A stretch of 64,000 bases of DNA from a virus (taxonomy: Duplodnaviria; Caudoviricetes), in IMG/VR virus record IMGVR_UViG_3300021093_000004, one strand, 5' to 3'. The translations under genes and the position numbers were made by a program. Below are positions 19,370 to 27,417 of the stretch, piece after piece (position 1 is the stretch's first letter; each line of letters opens with the position of its first letter). The notes under the pieces are model-generated. The model saw nothing but the letters and a program-made list of their open reading frames with translations. It ran no database searches and had not been told where the DNA came from.

Positions 19370-20017
19370 ATGGCTCTGGCGACCGATAAGTGTATTTTCC
19401 TGCACATTCCGAAAACCGGTGGAATTTGGATTCGCCATGTTTTCAAAGTGTGTGGAATCCCTCATTATGAAATCGGTGAGCAACACTCTCATTTTCCTTT
19501 TCTATTCAATCTTCAGCCGCCAGAATTTTATAAAAATCACTATATCTTCACATTTGTTCGGCATCCGTTGACTTGGTATCAATCGAGATGGGCATTTCGA
19601 GTTAAGTATGGATGGCGAGCACAGCATCCTCTTGATTTTAATGCCGCATCAAACGATTTCCATGTTTTCATAGAGAATGTACTCAACTACAAGCCGAACG
19701 GTTGGGTTACATGGGAATATCTGAATTATATTGATGAAGTTCCGAACAAGATCGATTTTGTTGGCAGGATGGAAAACCTTGTGGAAGACACCATCTTCGC
19801 TTTGCGTGCTGCGGGTGAACGCTTTAGTGAGAATGCGGTTCGTTCGATTCCCCGTATTAATGATTCCGATATGGACGGCCACTCTTCGAAATATTGGGCA
19901 ACTTATACACCGGCATTAGTGGACAGAGTTTTGGCTGTTGACGGTGAGATCATTCGCAGATATTATCACGGATTTAATCTTGATCCCAGTATCCTTTGCA
20001 AACCCCGTCCGTATTGA
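19370..20017 (+). CDS. sulfotransferase (Sulfotransfer_2-like)
   Basis: FLHIPKTGG, FTFVRHP, DFVGRMENL. Confidence 0.88.
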   Translation: MALATDKCIFLHIPKTGGIWIRHVFKVCGIPHYEIGEQHSHFPFLFNLQPPEFYKNHYIFTFVRHPLTWYQSRWAFRVKYGWRAQHPLDFNAASNDFHVFIENVLNYKPNGWVTWEYLNYIDEVPNKIDFVGRMENLVEDTIFALRAAGERFSENAVRSIPRINDSDMDGHSSKYWATYTPALVDRVLAVDGEIIRRYYHGFNLDPSILCKPRPY

Positions 20018-20699
20018 CATGCTTTAATTTCCACTCTTGATATCCAGGCCCATCGTCTTGACGAAGATGCAGGACGTGAACGTTGGCAGCAATCCCTATG
20101 AAACGGTCCTGATTCGCCGCCGCTTTGCATAATTTTCCGTCATCGCTCCCATATAACTGATTTTGAGAATACCCACCAACACTCTCGAAGAATTCTCGAT
20201 CAATCAAGAATAACGGCCCCGCTGTGTGCCGATTGTAATATATCTCATCGACTATGTGATAGAATATTTTCTGGTTATGCATCACCAGATCACTCTTCTG
20301 TGTAATGAACCATTCGCCATACTTGTTCATGATAACAGGAGCGAGAATTCCGAATGGAACTGCTATTTTCTTTCTGGCCGCATAGAGTCTGGGCAGCCAA
20401 TTCGGGTATACCTCAATATCGGCGTCAATCGAAATAAAGTAATCAGATGATGTGGACTGCATGATTTGTGGATACCATCTCATTACACCGATACCTTTCC
20501 CCACGTTTGTTTCATTTCGATAAATAGTGACTTTTGGGTGGGACTCGTATTTGTCGAGAAATGCGTCAAGTCCTCCATGCGAATTATCGATAATAGATAG
20601 ATGGAAAGGTACAGCGGTGTTGTTGAGGACGGATTGTACTGATCGCTCGAAATCGTTCGGACGGAAGTACGATATCATAATTATTTGCACAGCATCCAT
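19974..20699 (-). CDS. GT2 glycosyltransferase
   Basis: IIDNS, NVGKG, SIDAD (DxD), GGYSQNQLYGSDD. Confidence 0.85.
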   Translation of the reverse strand: MDAVQIIMISYFRPNDFERSVQSVLNNTAVPFHLSIIDNSHGGLDAFLDKYESHPKVTIYRNETNVGKGIGVMRWYPQIMQSTSSDYFISIDADIEVYPNWLPRLYAARKKIAVPFGILAPVIMNKYGEWFITQKSDLVMHNQKIFYHIVDEIYYNRHTAGPLFLIDREFFESVGGYSQNQLYGSDDGKLCKAAANQDRFIGIAANVHVLHLRQDDGPGYQEWKLKHVNTDGVCKGYWDQD

Positions 20700-20714
20700 A
20701 CATTATGGTACGTC

Positions 20715-21194
20715 ATGATTGAGCAAAAAGGCGATATTTGGGAGTTTTACTACGAAGTTCGATGGCTCGTAATAACGACGAACATTGGATGGAAGAAAGA
20801 CGGAACTAACCCAATGGGCGCAGGGATTGCGAAACAAGCTGCCGATATGTTCCCAGACATGCCTGAATGGTATGGGGCAAGATGTAAAAAATTCGGAGCG
20901 AATACCGCTGTTGCTCCCTATGATCCGGCACGATTTTTTCTGTTTCCAACCAAGCCTCTCGATGAGGATAAACCGTGGATGTCTTGGCAGAACATGTCCA
21001 CGGTTGCATTAATAACTCGGTCGGCTAAACAATTATCTGCTTTGGTTGATATATTATCGAAGAGGAAAAATCACTTCTTCACTAAAATCGGCTTACCTAT
21101 GGTCGGATGTGAGAACGGGGGCTTACGCCCCCGTGATGTGTTGCCGATTTTACACGAGCTTCTTGATGATAGGTTCGTGCTATTTCAGAAATGA
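20715..21194 (+). CDS. macro domain (ADP-ribose processing) protein
   Basis: VITTN, MGAGIAKQ, FPTK, LPMVGCENGGL. Confidence 0.88.
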   Translation: MIEQKGDIWEFYYEVRWLVITTNIGWKKDGTNPMGAGIAKQAADMFPDMPEWYGARCKKFGANTAVAPYDPARFFLFPTKPLDEDKPWMSWQNMSTVALITRSAKQLSALVDILSKRKNHFFTKIGLPMVGCENGGLRPRDVLPILHELLDDRFVLFQK

Positions 21195-21425
21195 CTATCT
21201 GACGACGTAGGTAAGTAGACCGAGATGACGCAACTGCTCAAGCTGCCCTTGGTCCAGGCGACGGCTCTCGATGGAGAATTCGGCTCCTGGAGCAATCGGC
21301 ATCTGGGATGCTGTCGCAGATGGGATATCAGACCCACTGGCAGCATTGGCAGTTGGGATGCTGTTAACGAGAATGGGGACAACTTGCTTCGAAACATTCG
21401 TAATTGTCGTCAGGCTGGTTGCCAT
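21195..21425 (-). CDS. small protein, paralog of 36778..37026
   Basis: AGGAGA SD; similarity to pre-sheath protein by eye. Confidence 0.7.
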   Translation of the reverse strand: MATSLTTITNVSKQVVPILVNSIPTANAASGSDIPSATASQMPIAPGAEFSIESRRLDQGQLEQLRHLGLLTYVVR

Positions 21426-21462
21426 CGTATTTCTCCTGAGTATTTATTGTAATTGGGCCGCT

Positions 21463-22317
21463 ATGCCAGAAATCTCGATCATAACCTGCATTTCTCGACC
21501 AGACGTTTATAATAAATGTTTGCTTGATTCTATCAACAAAAATCGAAAAAACCACGACATTGAAATAATTCCAATTATCAACAATGATAATAAGTATTCT
21601 GCTAGCAACGCATTAAATATTGGAATCGATGTGGCGAGGTCGAATATTCTCGTTTTTGCCCATCAAGATGTTCGACTTCTCCATGGCTGGTTTGACAGAC
21701 TCGTAGACGCCTTGTCTAAGTTAGATGATAATTGGGGTGTTATCGGGTCTGCTGGAATCGCGTTGCAGTATGGAAGAAATGACATCGGGCGGTGGGGCGG
21801 GTCCGTAGATGTCCAAACAGTTGCTGTGGGATCGGTGTGGGATACCGATGAAAACCTGACACAACCACCATATTGGGATGGAATCAAAGAAATCACTCCG
21901 GTTCACTGTATCGACGAATGCGTCTTTGTACTAAATCGTCGAACCGGTCTCCGCTTCGATTCAATGTTTACCGGGTTCCATTTCTATGGCGTGGATATGT
22001 GTTTGCAAGCACGTGCCGCCGCATATTCGGTTTATGGCACACACTTACCAATGATCCATTATGGACAATATTCCGCCAGCTTCACTGGCGATAGGAAATA
22101 TTGGGTATATTTTCGATTCCTGCATCATAAATGGTCTAGGCGGTTCCCGGAACTGCTCGGTACGCACATGCATTGGGCACCGGGAGAGTTGACGAGTTAC
22201 ATATCGATAGGTCTCGAAGACGATGAATCTGGAACGACGGTCCAACTGAAAGCCATGGGAATAGATAAATCCAGATTCCGCAATGATAAAGACAGAGGGT
22301 TTATAGATGAGGTGTAA
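21463..22317 (+). CDS. GT2-like glycosyltransferase
   Basis: SASNALNIGI, VFAHQD, VHCIDEC, FHFYGVDMCLQA. Confidence 0.85.
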   Translation: MPEISIITCISRPDVYNKCLLDSINKNRKNHDIEIIPIINNDNKYSASNALNIGIDVARSNILVFAHQDVRLLHGWFDRLVDALSKLDDNWGVIGSAGIALQYGRNDIGRWGGSVDVQTVAVGSVWDTDENLTQPPYWDGIKEITPVHCIDECVFVLNRRTGLRFDSMFTGFHFYGVDMCLQARAAAYSVYGTHLPMIHYGQYSASFTGDRKYWVYFRFLHHKWSRRFPELLGTHMHWAPGELTSYISIGLEDDESGTTVQLKAMGIDKSRFRNDKDRGFIDEV

Positions 22318-22319
22318 TC

Positions 22320-23207
22320 TTGATTAAAGCTATAATCCTGTGCCATCCACAATCTAAAGACCTACTGTCCAAAAAGGCTTTCCACAGTTCTCTTGTGACG
22401 CCCATTCGTATTGCGTGCGGGACTACCAAACCAAAGGGTGTTGATTACTATGAATCAAATGACTTCTTTCCAACATATGCGTCATGGAATTCCGCGCTGT
22501 TCGAAACTTCGGTTATCTTAACAACGTGGGAACATGCGGATCAATTAATCGGCGACGATCACGTTGCGATCATGCATACTGATGTCACTCTTCACTTTAG
22601 AGCGGGAGAGACTTGGAAGAGATTGCACAAATCTTTAGAATCAGAACCAGACAGACCGATAGGGTTAACTGTTGCTTCTGCGTACCAAAACATGTGGGAT
22701 GAATGGATGGTGCCAGACAATGCACCATTTACTCCAAAATTCGATCCACAGAAAATACACGCATTTGATAATGAGATTTTTGTCTGGGATTTTATCAAGA
22801 AATATGATCAAGATATTCACGATTGGGCGATGGATACTAACCCCAAGTTAATCTATTCACATCAATTTGCGTGCACTAGGCCGATGTTCGATCAATTGGG
22901 CAACCGGCTTTATGCGGTTGCCCATCGGTTACGTCTGTCCGATATTGGCTTTTGGACGCCACACATGTTCGAGAGATTGATTGCTCTTTATTTGGCTAAA
23001 CTTGGTAAGCCGATTTTGACAACGGCTTTTTGGCATTATTCATCATCAGGTACGTTCGGACCCGGTGAATTTAGTCTTTATGGTCCACGAGCATTTCGAT
23101 ATTATCGGGTATACACGCGATGGAATGAGCAGAAACTGCTAGGTTCTACGGCAGACAGCCTTGAATTAGTGCCAGAAATGCCGCCTCAACCGATTCAAAG
23201 AATGTAG
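22320..23207 (+). CDS. putative glycosyltransferase-like protein (DUF4422-like)
   Basis: LFETSVILTTWEH...DHVAIMHTD and HMFERL resemble the ELTA..W/DYVG..H/ERL pattern. Confidence 0.45.
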   Translation: MIKAIILCHPQSKDLLSKKAFHSSLVTPIRIACGTTKPKGVDYYESNDFFPTYASWNSALFETSVILTTWEHADQLIGDDHVAIMHTDVTLHFRAGETWKRLHKSLESEPDRPIGLTVASAYQNMWDEWMVPDNAPFTPKFDPQKIHAFDNEIFVWDFIKKYDQDIHDWAMDTNPKLIYSHQFACTRPMFDQLGNRLYAVAHRLRLSDIGFWTPHMFERLIALYLAKLGKPILTTAFWHYSSSGTFGPGEFSLYGPRAFRYYRVYTRWNEQKLLGSTADSLELVPEMPPQPIQRM

Positions 23208-23469
23208 GGTCAAGATCGTCGATTGATTCGATGCCAACATTGATATTTAATGGAATATTGATGCTGATGGTTTTCGAGACCCAATCCAGTTCGCATGGAT
23301 CTAATCTAACGTCTGTCCCCCATTTGACCCCAGGAAGGTCCTTTCCGGGTTTCCGTTTGACTATTGCATAGATATACGCATCAAAGTGGTCCACGACCGG
23401 TGGTAGTGCTTGTAAAAAGGGTGTTGTGACTCTTCTTACGATTCTGATTTCTTTGGTATTACGATCCAT
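23146..23469 (-). CDS. hypothetical protein
   Basis: ORF open to 23499; ATG at 23469. Confidence 0.55.
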   Translation of the reverse strand: MDRNTKEIRIVRRVTTPFLQALPPVVDHFDAYIYAIVKRKPGKDLPGVKWGTDVRLDPCELDWVSKTISINIPLNINVGIESIDDLDPTFFESVEAAFLALIQGCLP

Positions 23470-23492
23470 ATGGTTATGTACTGGGAGATCCA

Positions 23493-23831
23493 ATGACACA
23501 ACTTGATCCGCAATTGGTAGCAGCAGAAGCTCTTGAACTCCAAAAAGCCATTAATGGCCTTTTGGCTGATTTGGAAGAGAAAAAGACTCAATTACGAACT
23601 ATCGCAGACGGTAATCCGCTCAAAATAGTTGTGCCGGGATCTGGAGAAGTGAGCGTGTCTCGCCCTCGAAAGGGTGGAGAGAAAACAGGTACGAGAATCA
23701 AGCTGGTCGTGGATCGTCTTAATCTTGTGCCGGAACTTAAGAATCGTCTTCTTGAAAAAGGCGTTCTTGTTGAGGAAGATACGATCTCTACACCCGCTGC
23801 TGCATCGGTCGCGATTAAACCGAACGTCTAA
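23493..23831 (+). CDS. hypothetical protein
   Basis: GGGAG SD; 112 aa. Confidence 0.7.
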   Translation: MTQLDPQLVAAEALELQKAINGLLADLEEKKTQLRTIADGNPLKIVVPGSGEVSVSRPRKGGEKTGTRIKLVVDRLNLVPELKNRLLEKGVLVEEDTISTPAAASVAIKPNV

Positions 23832-23937
23832 GATATTCTTCGAAGGTAGTATTGATGGTTGGATTCGTGAACGATGTCCGCATGTCGAAATTGTTCATGT
23901 GCGTCTAACTCCGTCAAGTTAATAGATAACTGATTGG

Positions 23938-23953
23938 AAGTGTGCGAACACTT
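23938..23953 (+). terminator. short GNRA-capped hairpin upstream of the tRNA-like RNA (terminator or processing signal)
   Basis: AAGTGT-GCGA-ACACTT followed by TATT. Confidence 0.35.
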
Positions 23954-23965
23954 TATTGTGTCGTA

Positions 23966-24084
23966 CCCGGTGTAGCTCAGCCCGAAAGGGGGCTAACTGT
24001 TTGTGGTAAACCGCTTACAGTGGTAGCCCAGAGCGGACCTCTAACGGAGGTAAGGTCGCGGGTGCAAATCCTAGCCATCGGCCA
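23966..24084 (+). ncRNA. tRNA-like RNA with ~50-nt structured D-loop insertion
   Basis: CCGGTG/CATCGG acceptor, TA-GCTC-AG...GAGC D-stem, ACCT-CTAACGG-AGGT anticodon arm, AGGTC variable loop, GGG-TGCAAAT-CCT T arm, 3' CCA. Confidence 0.75.
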
Positions 24085-24085
24085 G

Positions 24086-24141
24086 GCTTGAGAGCCGTAA
24101 GGTGAGAATGGTAAACCATTCGATCCCCAAGGCTCTCAAGC
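24086..24141 (+). ncRNA. long structured hairpin immediately 3' of the tRNA-like RNA
   Basis: GCTTGAGAGCC/GGCTCTCAAGC 11-bp stem; inner GAATGG-TAAA-CCATTC. Confidence 0.65.
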
Positions 24142-24167
24142 GTATTTTGATTCTTCAAGGCAGAGAT

Positions 24168-24422
24168 ATGACCCGTGATCAAGTCGAAACCAAAATTGCT
24201 GAAATATTAGATCACGCACTTGGGATTGATCGCGACGAAATAGCTTCTAATGCTTTAATCCAACGTGACCTTGGTGCCGATTCACTCGATATGTTGGAAA
24301 TCAAATTCAGGCTTGGAGAGGTATTTGATCTTAATATTCGTGAAATCGAGTTCGACAATATATCCAATATGCTTACTGTGTCTGGGTTGGTCGATTTTAT
24401 AAACACGAAATTAACGAAATAA
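24168..24422 (+). CDS. acpP: acyl carrier protein
   Basis: DLGADSLDMLEI phosphopantetheine site; acidic 84 aa. Confidence 0.9.
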   Translation: MTRDQVETKIAEILDHALGIDRDEIASNALIQRDLGADSLDMLEIKFRLGEVFDLNIREIEFDNISNMLTVSGLVDFINTKLTK

Positions 24423-24478
24423 GAATTCGTTGACACAGTGATATAGAATGTATTTTGATCCACCAGATGAGATCCTTC

Positions 24479-26572
24479 ATGAAAACGATTCAGAAAATGC
24501 GTGATCGTGGCTTTGCTGAAGCCGCTAACAATTTGACACTTGCTCAACTGTCCGATCTGCTTGACAAAGCAGATATTCGATATTACCGTCCCGGCCTACA
24601 GCCAATCATGGCTGATTCTGAGTACGATCTTCTCAAGCAGAAATTGCAAGAGATTGATCCGGAAAATGAACGTCTGACTCGCGTCGGGTCTCCATACTCA
24701 ATTGACGATCTCCGGACGAAAGTGACCCACAATATCCCCATGGGGTCGCTGGACAATACCGACGAAGGCATCCTTGGATTACAGGACTGGATCGACACGC
24801 TTCAAAAGAAATTGAATCATATTCCCGCGATTTTCGCATCGTTGAAAATCGATGGTGGTAGTATCTGTGCGACGTACCAAAATGGCGAGCTGGTGCGTGT
24901 GGCTACACGAGGGAATGGCGAAGTCGGGGATGACATTACTGCCAATGGTGTGAACTTTATAGATCTGCCGACGCAGCTTCCAGAACCTCTTAATCTCGAT
25001 GTTCGTGGAGAGGCTATTCTGTACAAAGCCGATTTTGACGAAATTTGCGACCGCGATCAGATCCCGGTCGCAGATCGCAGTAACCCACGGAACGTTGGTA
25101 ACGGAATTTTAGGCCGCGACGACGGTCAAGACAGTGACCGATTGCGTTTTATCGCTTTCAATATGGAGGGCGAGTCGGTTCCAACCGAAATGGCGAAAAT
25201 GGAGAGATTGAAGGCTCTCGGATTTCAGCCGGTTCCACACAAGCTCTGCCAAGGTCTCGACACATTCACGGCGTTCTACGATGGAGTTATTGGTAAGCGT
25301 GACCAACTGCCGTTTGAAATCGATGGTATCGTTGTTGTGGTCAACGAGATTGCTCAACAGCAACCATTTATCACCAAGGATATCAAGACCCGCCTGCGAC
25401 CGAAATATGCTCGTGCGGTCAAATTCCCGCATAAATCAAACACGACCGAACTGATCGATGTGCTGTTGACTGTCGGACACACCAGAGCCATCATCCCAAC
25501 TGCCGTGCTAAAGGAAGTCCGCATTGGCGGTGTCAATGTCTCACACGCATTGCTCAACAATTGGGACGAAATTGCTCGCCTCAACATTGCTATTGGTGAC
25601 GAAGTTGAAGTCGTCTTGGCTGGTGATATCATTCCGAAGGTCATCAGAAGGGTAAAGGTCGGGACGAATCGAAAACCAATTGCAGAACCACATCGTTGCC
25701 CGGCGTGCGGGGACGTGGCAAGCCGTGAATATCGTGGGAAGAAAGGTGCGAACACATACTGTGCTAACCCCACCTGCCATGCGGCTGCTCTGGCGAAGGT
25801 CAGTCATTGGATTGGAACATCCAAAAAAGGTGTTGGTATCCTTGGGATCGGCGATACGATTTTAAAAGTATTGTGGGATATGAACCTGATCCAAAATCCG
25901 TCTGATTTGTATACTCTAACTGTAGAGCAAATTCAGGATATGAAATTGGATGGTGATGTGCGAATTGGCAAATCGCGAGCGACCCAAATCATTGCCAATA
26001 TCAACGGGAAAAAGAGACTCCCGTTGCATACGTTCCTTGGCTCGCTTGGGATTGACCTATTAGGCAGGCGGCGAGTGAAGATTCTTGCTGATGCATCTGG
26101 TGGTAGGTTGACCAAACTGAAACATTGGCTTGATCGTGAACTCTTGACCACGATCGAATTGCCGGGGTTCGGTGATACAATTCGTGACGCAATCGTCGAT
26201 GGTATTGACGAGAATCGTGCACTGATTGAAAAGCTGCTATCGGTCGGGGTTGAGATTGAAGGTGAAGGAAGTAACACTGAAGCCGCCCCCGTTGAAAATG
26301 GGAACGAGCCGAGTGCTGATAGGCTTTTTGTTGGTTATTCATTTTGTTTGACCGGTACTCGTGCTTATCAGGACGATATCGTGCGTCTCGGTGGGGAGTT
26401 GAAAAGCGGTGTATCTAAGGGTCTGACGTTTTTGGTTCAAGCAGATCCGCTCAGCACTTCGAACAAGACGAAAAAAGCTGAGGAATACGGAACAGCGATA
26501 ATTTCTCTTGAGTATTTAAAGCAAGCCATTGATGGGCTTGTTGTGCTTGAACCTATGAACGCACCCGTATGA
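24479..26572 (+). CDS. ligA: NAD+-dependent DNA ligase
   Basis: KIDG, TRGNG, VRGE, NPRN, EIDG, CPAC zinc finger, HhH, BRCT. Confidence 0.97.
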   Translation: MKTIQKMRDRGFAEAANNLTLAQLSDLLDKADIRYYRPGLQPIMADSEYDLLKQKLQEIDPENERLTRVGSPYSIDDLRTKVTHNIPMGSLDNTDEGILGLQDWIDTLQKKLNHIPAIFASLKIDGGSICATYQNGELVRVATRGNGEVGDDITANGVNFIDLPTQLPEPLNLDVRGEAILYKADFDEICDRDQIPVADRSNPRNVGNGILGRDDGQDSDRLRFIAFNMEGESVPTEMAKMERLKALGFQPVPHKLCQGLDTFTAFYDGVIGKRDQLPFEIDGIVVVVNEIAQQQPFITKDIKTRLRPKYARAVKFPHKSNTTELIDVLLTVGHTRAIIPTAVLKEVRIGGVNVSHALLNNWDEIARLNIAIGDEVEVVLAGDIIPKVIRRVKVGTNRKPIAEPHRCPACGDVASREYRGKKGANTYCANPTCHAAALAKVSHWIGTSKKGVGILGIGDTILKVLWDMNLIQNPSDLYTLTVEQIQDMKLDGDVRIGKSRATQIIANINGKKRLPLHTFLGSLGIDLLGRRRVKILADASGGRLTKLKHWLDRELLTTIELPGFGDTIRDAIVDGIDENRALIEKLLSVGVEIEGEGSNTEAAPVENGNEPSADRLFVGYSFCLTGTRAYQDDIVRLGGELKSGVSKGLTFLVQADPLSTSNKTKKAEEYGTAIISLEYLKQAIDGLVVLEPMNAPV

Positions 26573-27417
26573 ACGATTGGTTTCAGCCACGAAGGGTTAT
26601 TGAAAAAGCAATAAATGGGGCATTGAAATCGTCAATCAATGCCCATGGCCCTATAAATCTCGATAATATATCTAGTGCCTCGAAGCGGGTATATTCAACG
26701 CTTCGGGGTATTCGTAAATCTTCAAGCCAACCAGTTGAGCGAGCGGTTCGGATTGAACTTCAATTATCGCGTGGAGCGGTATGTTCATTTACTGTTCAGC
26801 TTAAATTCTTGTATGCTCCACAGACACACGATTTTCTTGTGTTTGAATCTAACGCACAAATTACTACAAAAATCTCACATATCTGCCATTATTTCAAGCA
26901 ATCTGGGAATCTTATTCTAACAGAACCAATAATATGTGAATCGTATGACGGGTTACTGTTAGCTCTTGATTGGTTTAAAGCGAATTTTATGCTGACTGAT
27001 ATTAAGTCAGACGACAATCCACAATCCTATTACATATTCTATAGATCTCTTTTACAGTTATTGAAGCGATCTAAGGAGGTTGATCCGCGTATTAATTTAG
27101 ATCCTACAGCGATAAAGATATTCGCTGAATCATGTCGAGCTATTCTCTTAGCTGAAATTGGTGGTGGTAGTGACGACATTACTAATTTTAATCCTGCCAT
27201 TGAGGATTTACATAGATTAATATTATTTAAAAAGTTAGAGGAACCCGATGGGGTTAGAATGCTTCTGGTTGTTAAGGAATGGGAACAGCGATTCAATCAG
27301 ACTGGCAAATTACAATGGACCGCATCGCTCCAACAATGTCAGCAAGCCGCACGGTTGGTGTTCGGGAAGATAAGATCAATTCCGACTCATGAGTTACCAG
27401 ATTTCGGAGATGGGTAA
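26569..27417 (+). CDS. hypothetical protein
   Basis: 282-aa coupled ORF. Confidence 0.7.
   Translation: MNDWFQPRRVIEKAINGALKSSINAHGPINLDNISSASKRVYSTLRGIRKSSSQPVERAVRIELQLSRGAVCSFTVQLKFLYAPQTHDFLVFESNAQITTKISHICHYFKQSGNLILTEPIICESYDGLLLALDWFKANFMLTDIKSDDNPQSYYIFYRSLLQLLKRSKEVDPRINLDPTAIKIFAESCRAILLAEIGGGSDDITNFNPAIEDLHRLILFKKLEEPDGVRMLLVVKEWEQRFNQTGKLQWTASLQQCQQAARLVFGKIRSIPTHELPDFGDG

Noticed and set aside
24085-24141. Theta/HDV-like ribozyme after the tRNA-like 3' end
   Set aside because: Starts with G after CCA, but stems nest as a simple hairpin; no P1/P2/P3 double pseudoknot or J4/2 found
24102-24167. Longer N-terminus of ACP from GTG 24102
   Set aside because: Overlaps the structured RNA; ATG at 24168 gives a normal-size ACP
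24430-24456. Sigma70 promoter TTGACA before ligA
   Set aside because: Candidate -10 hexamers are spaced 8 or 15 nt, not 16-18
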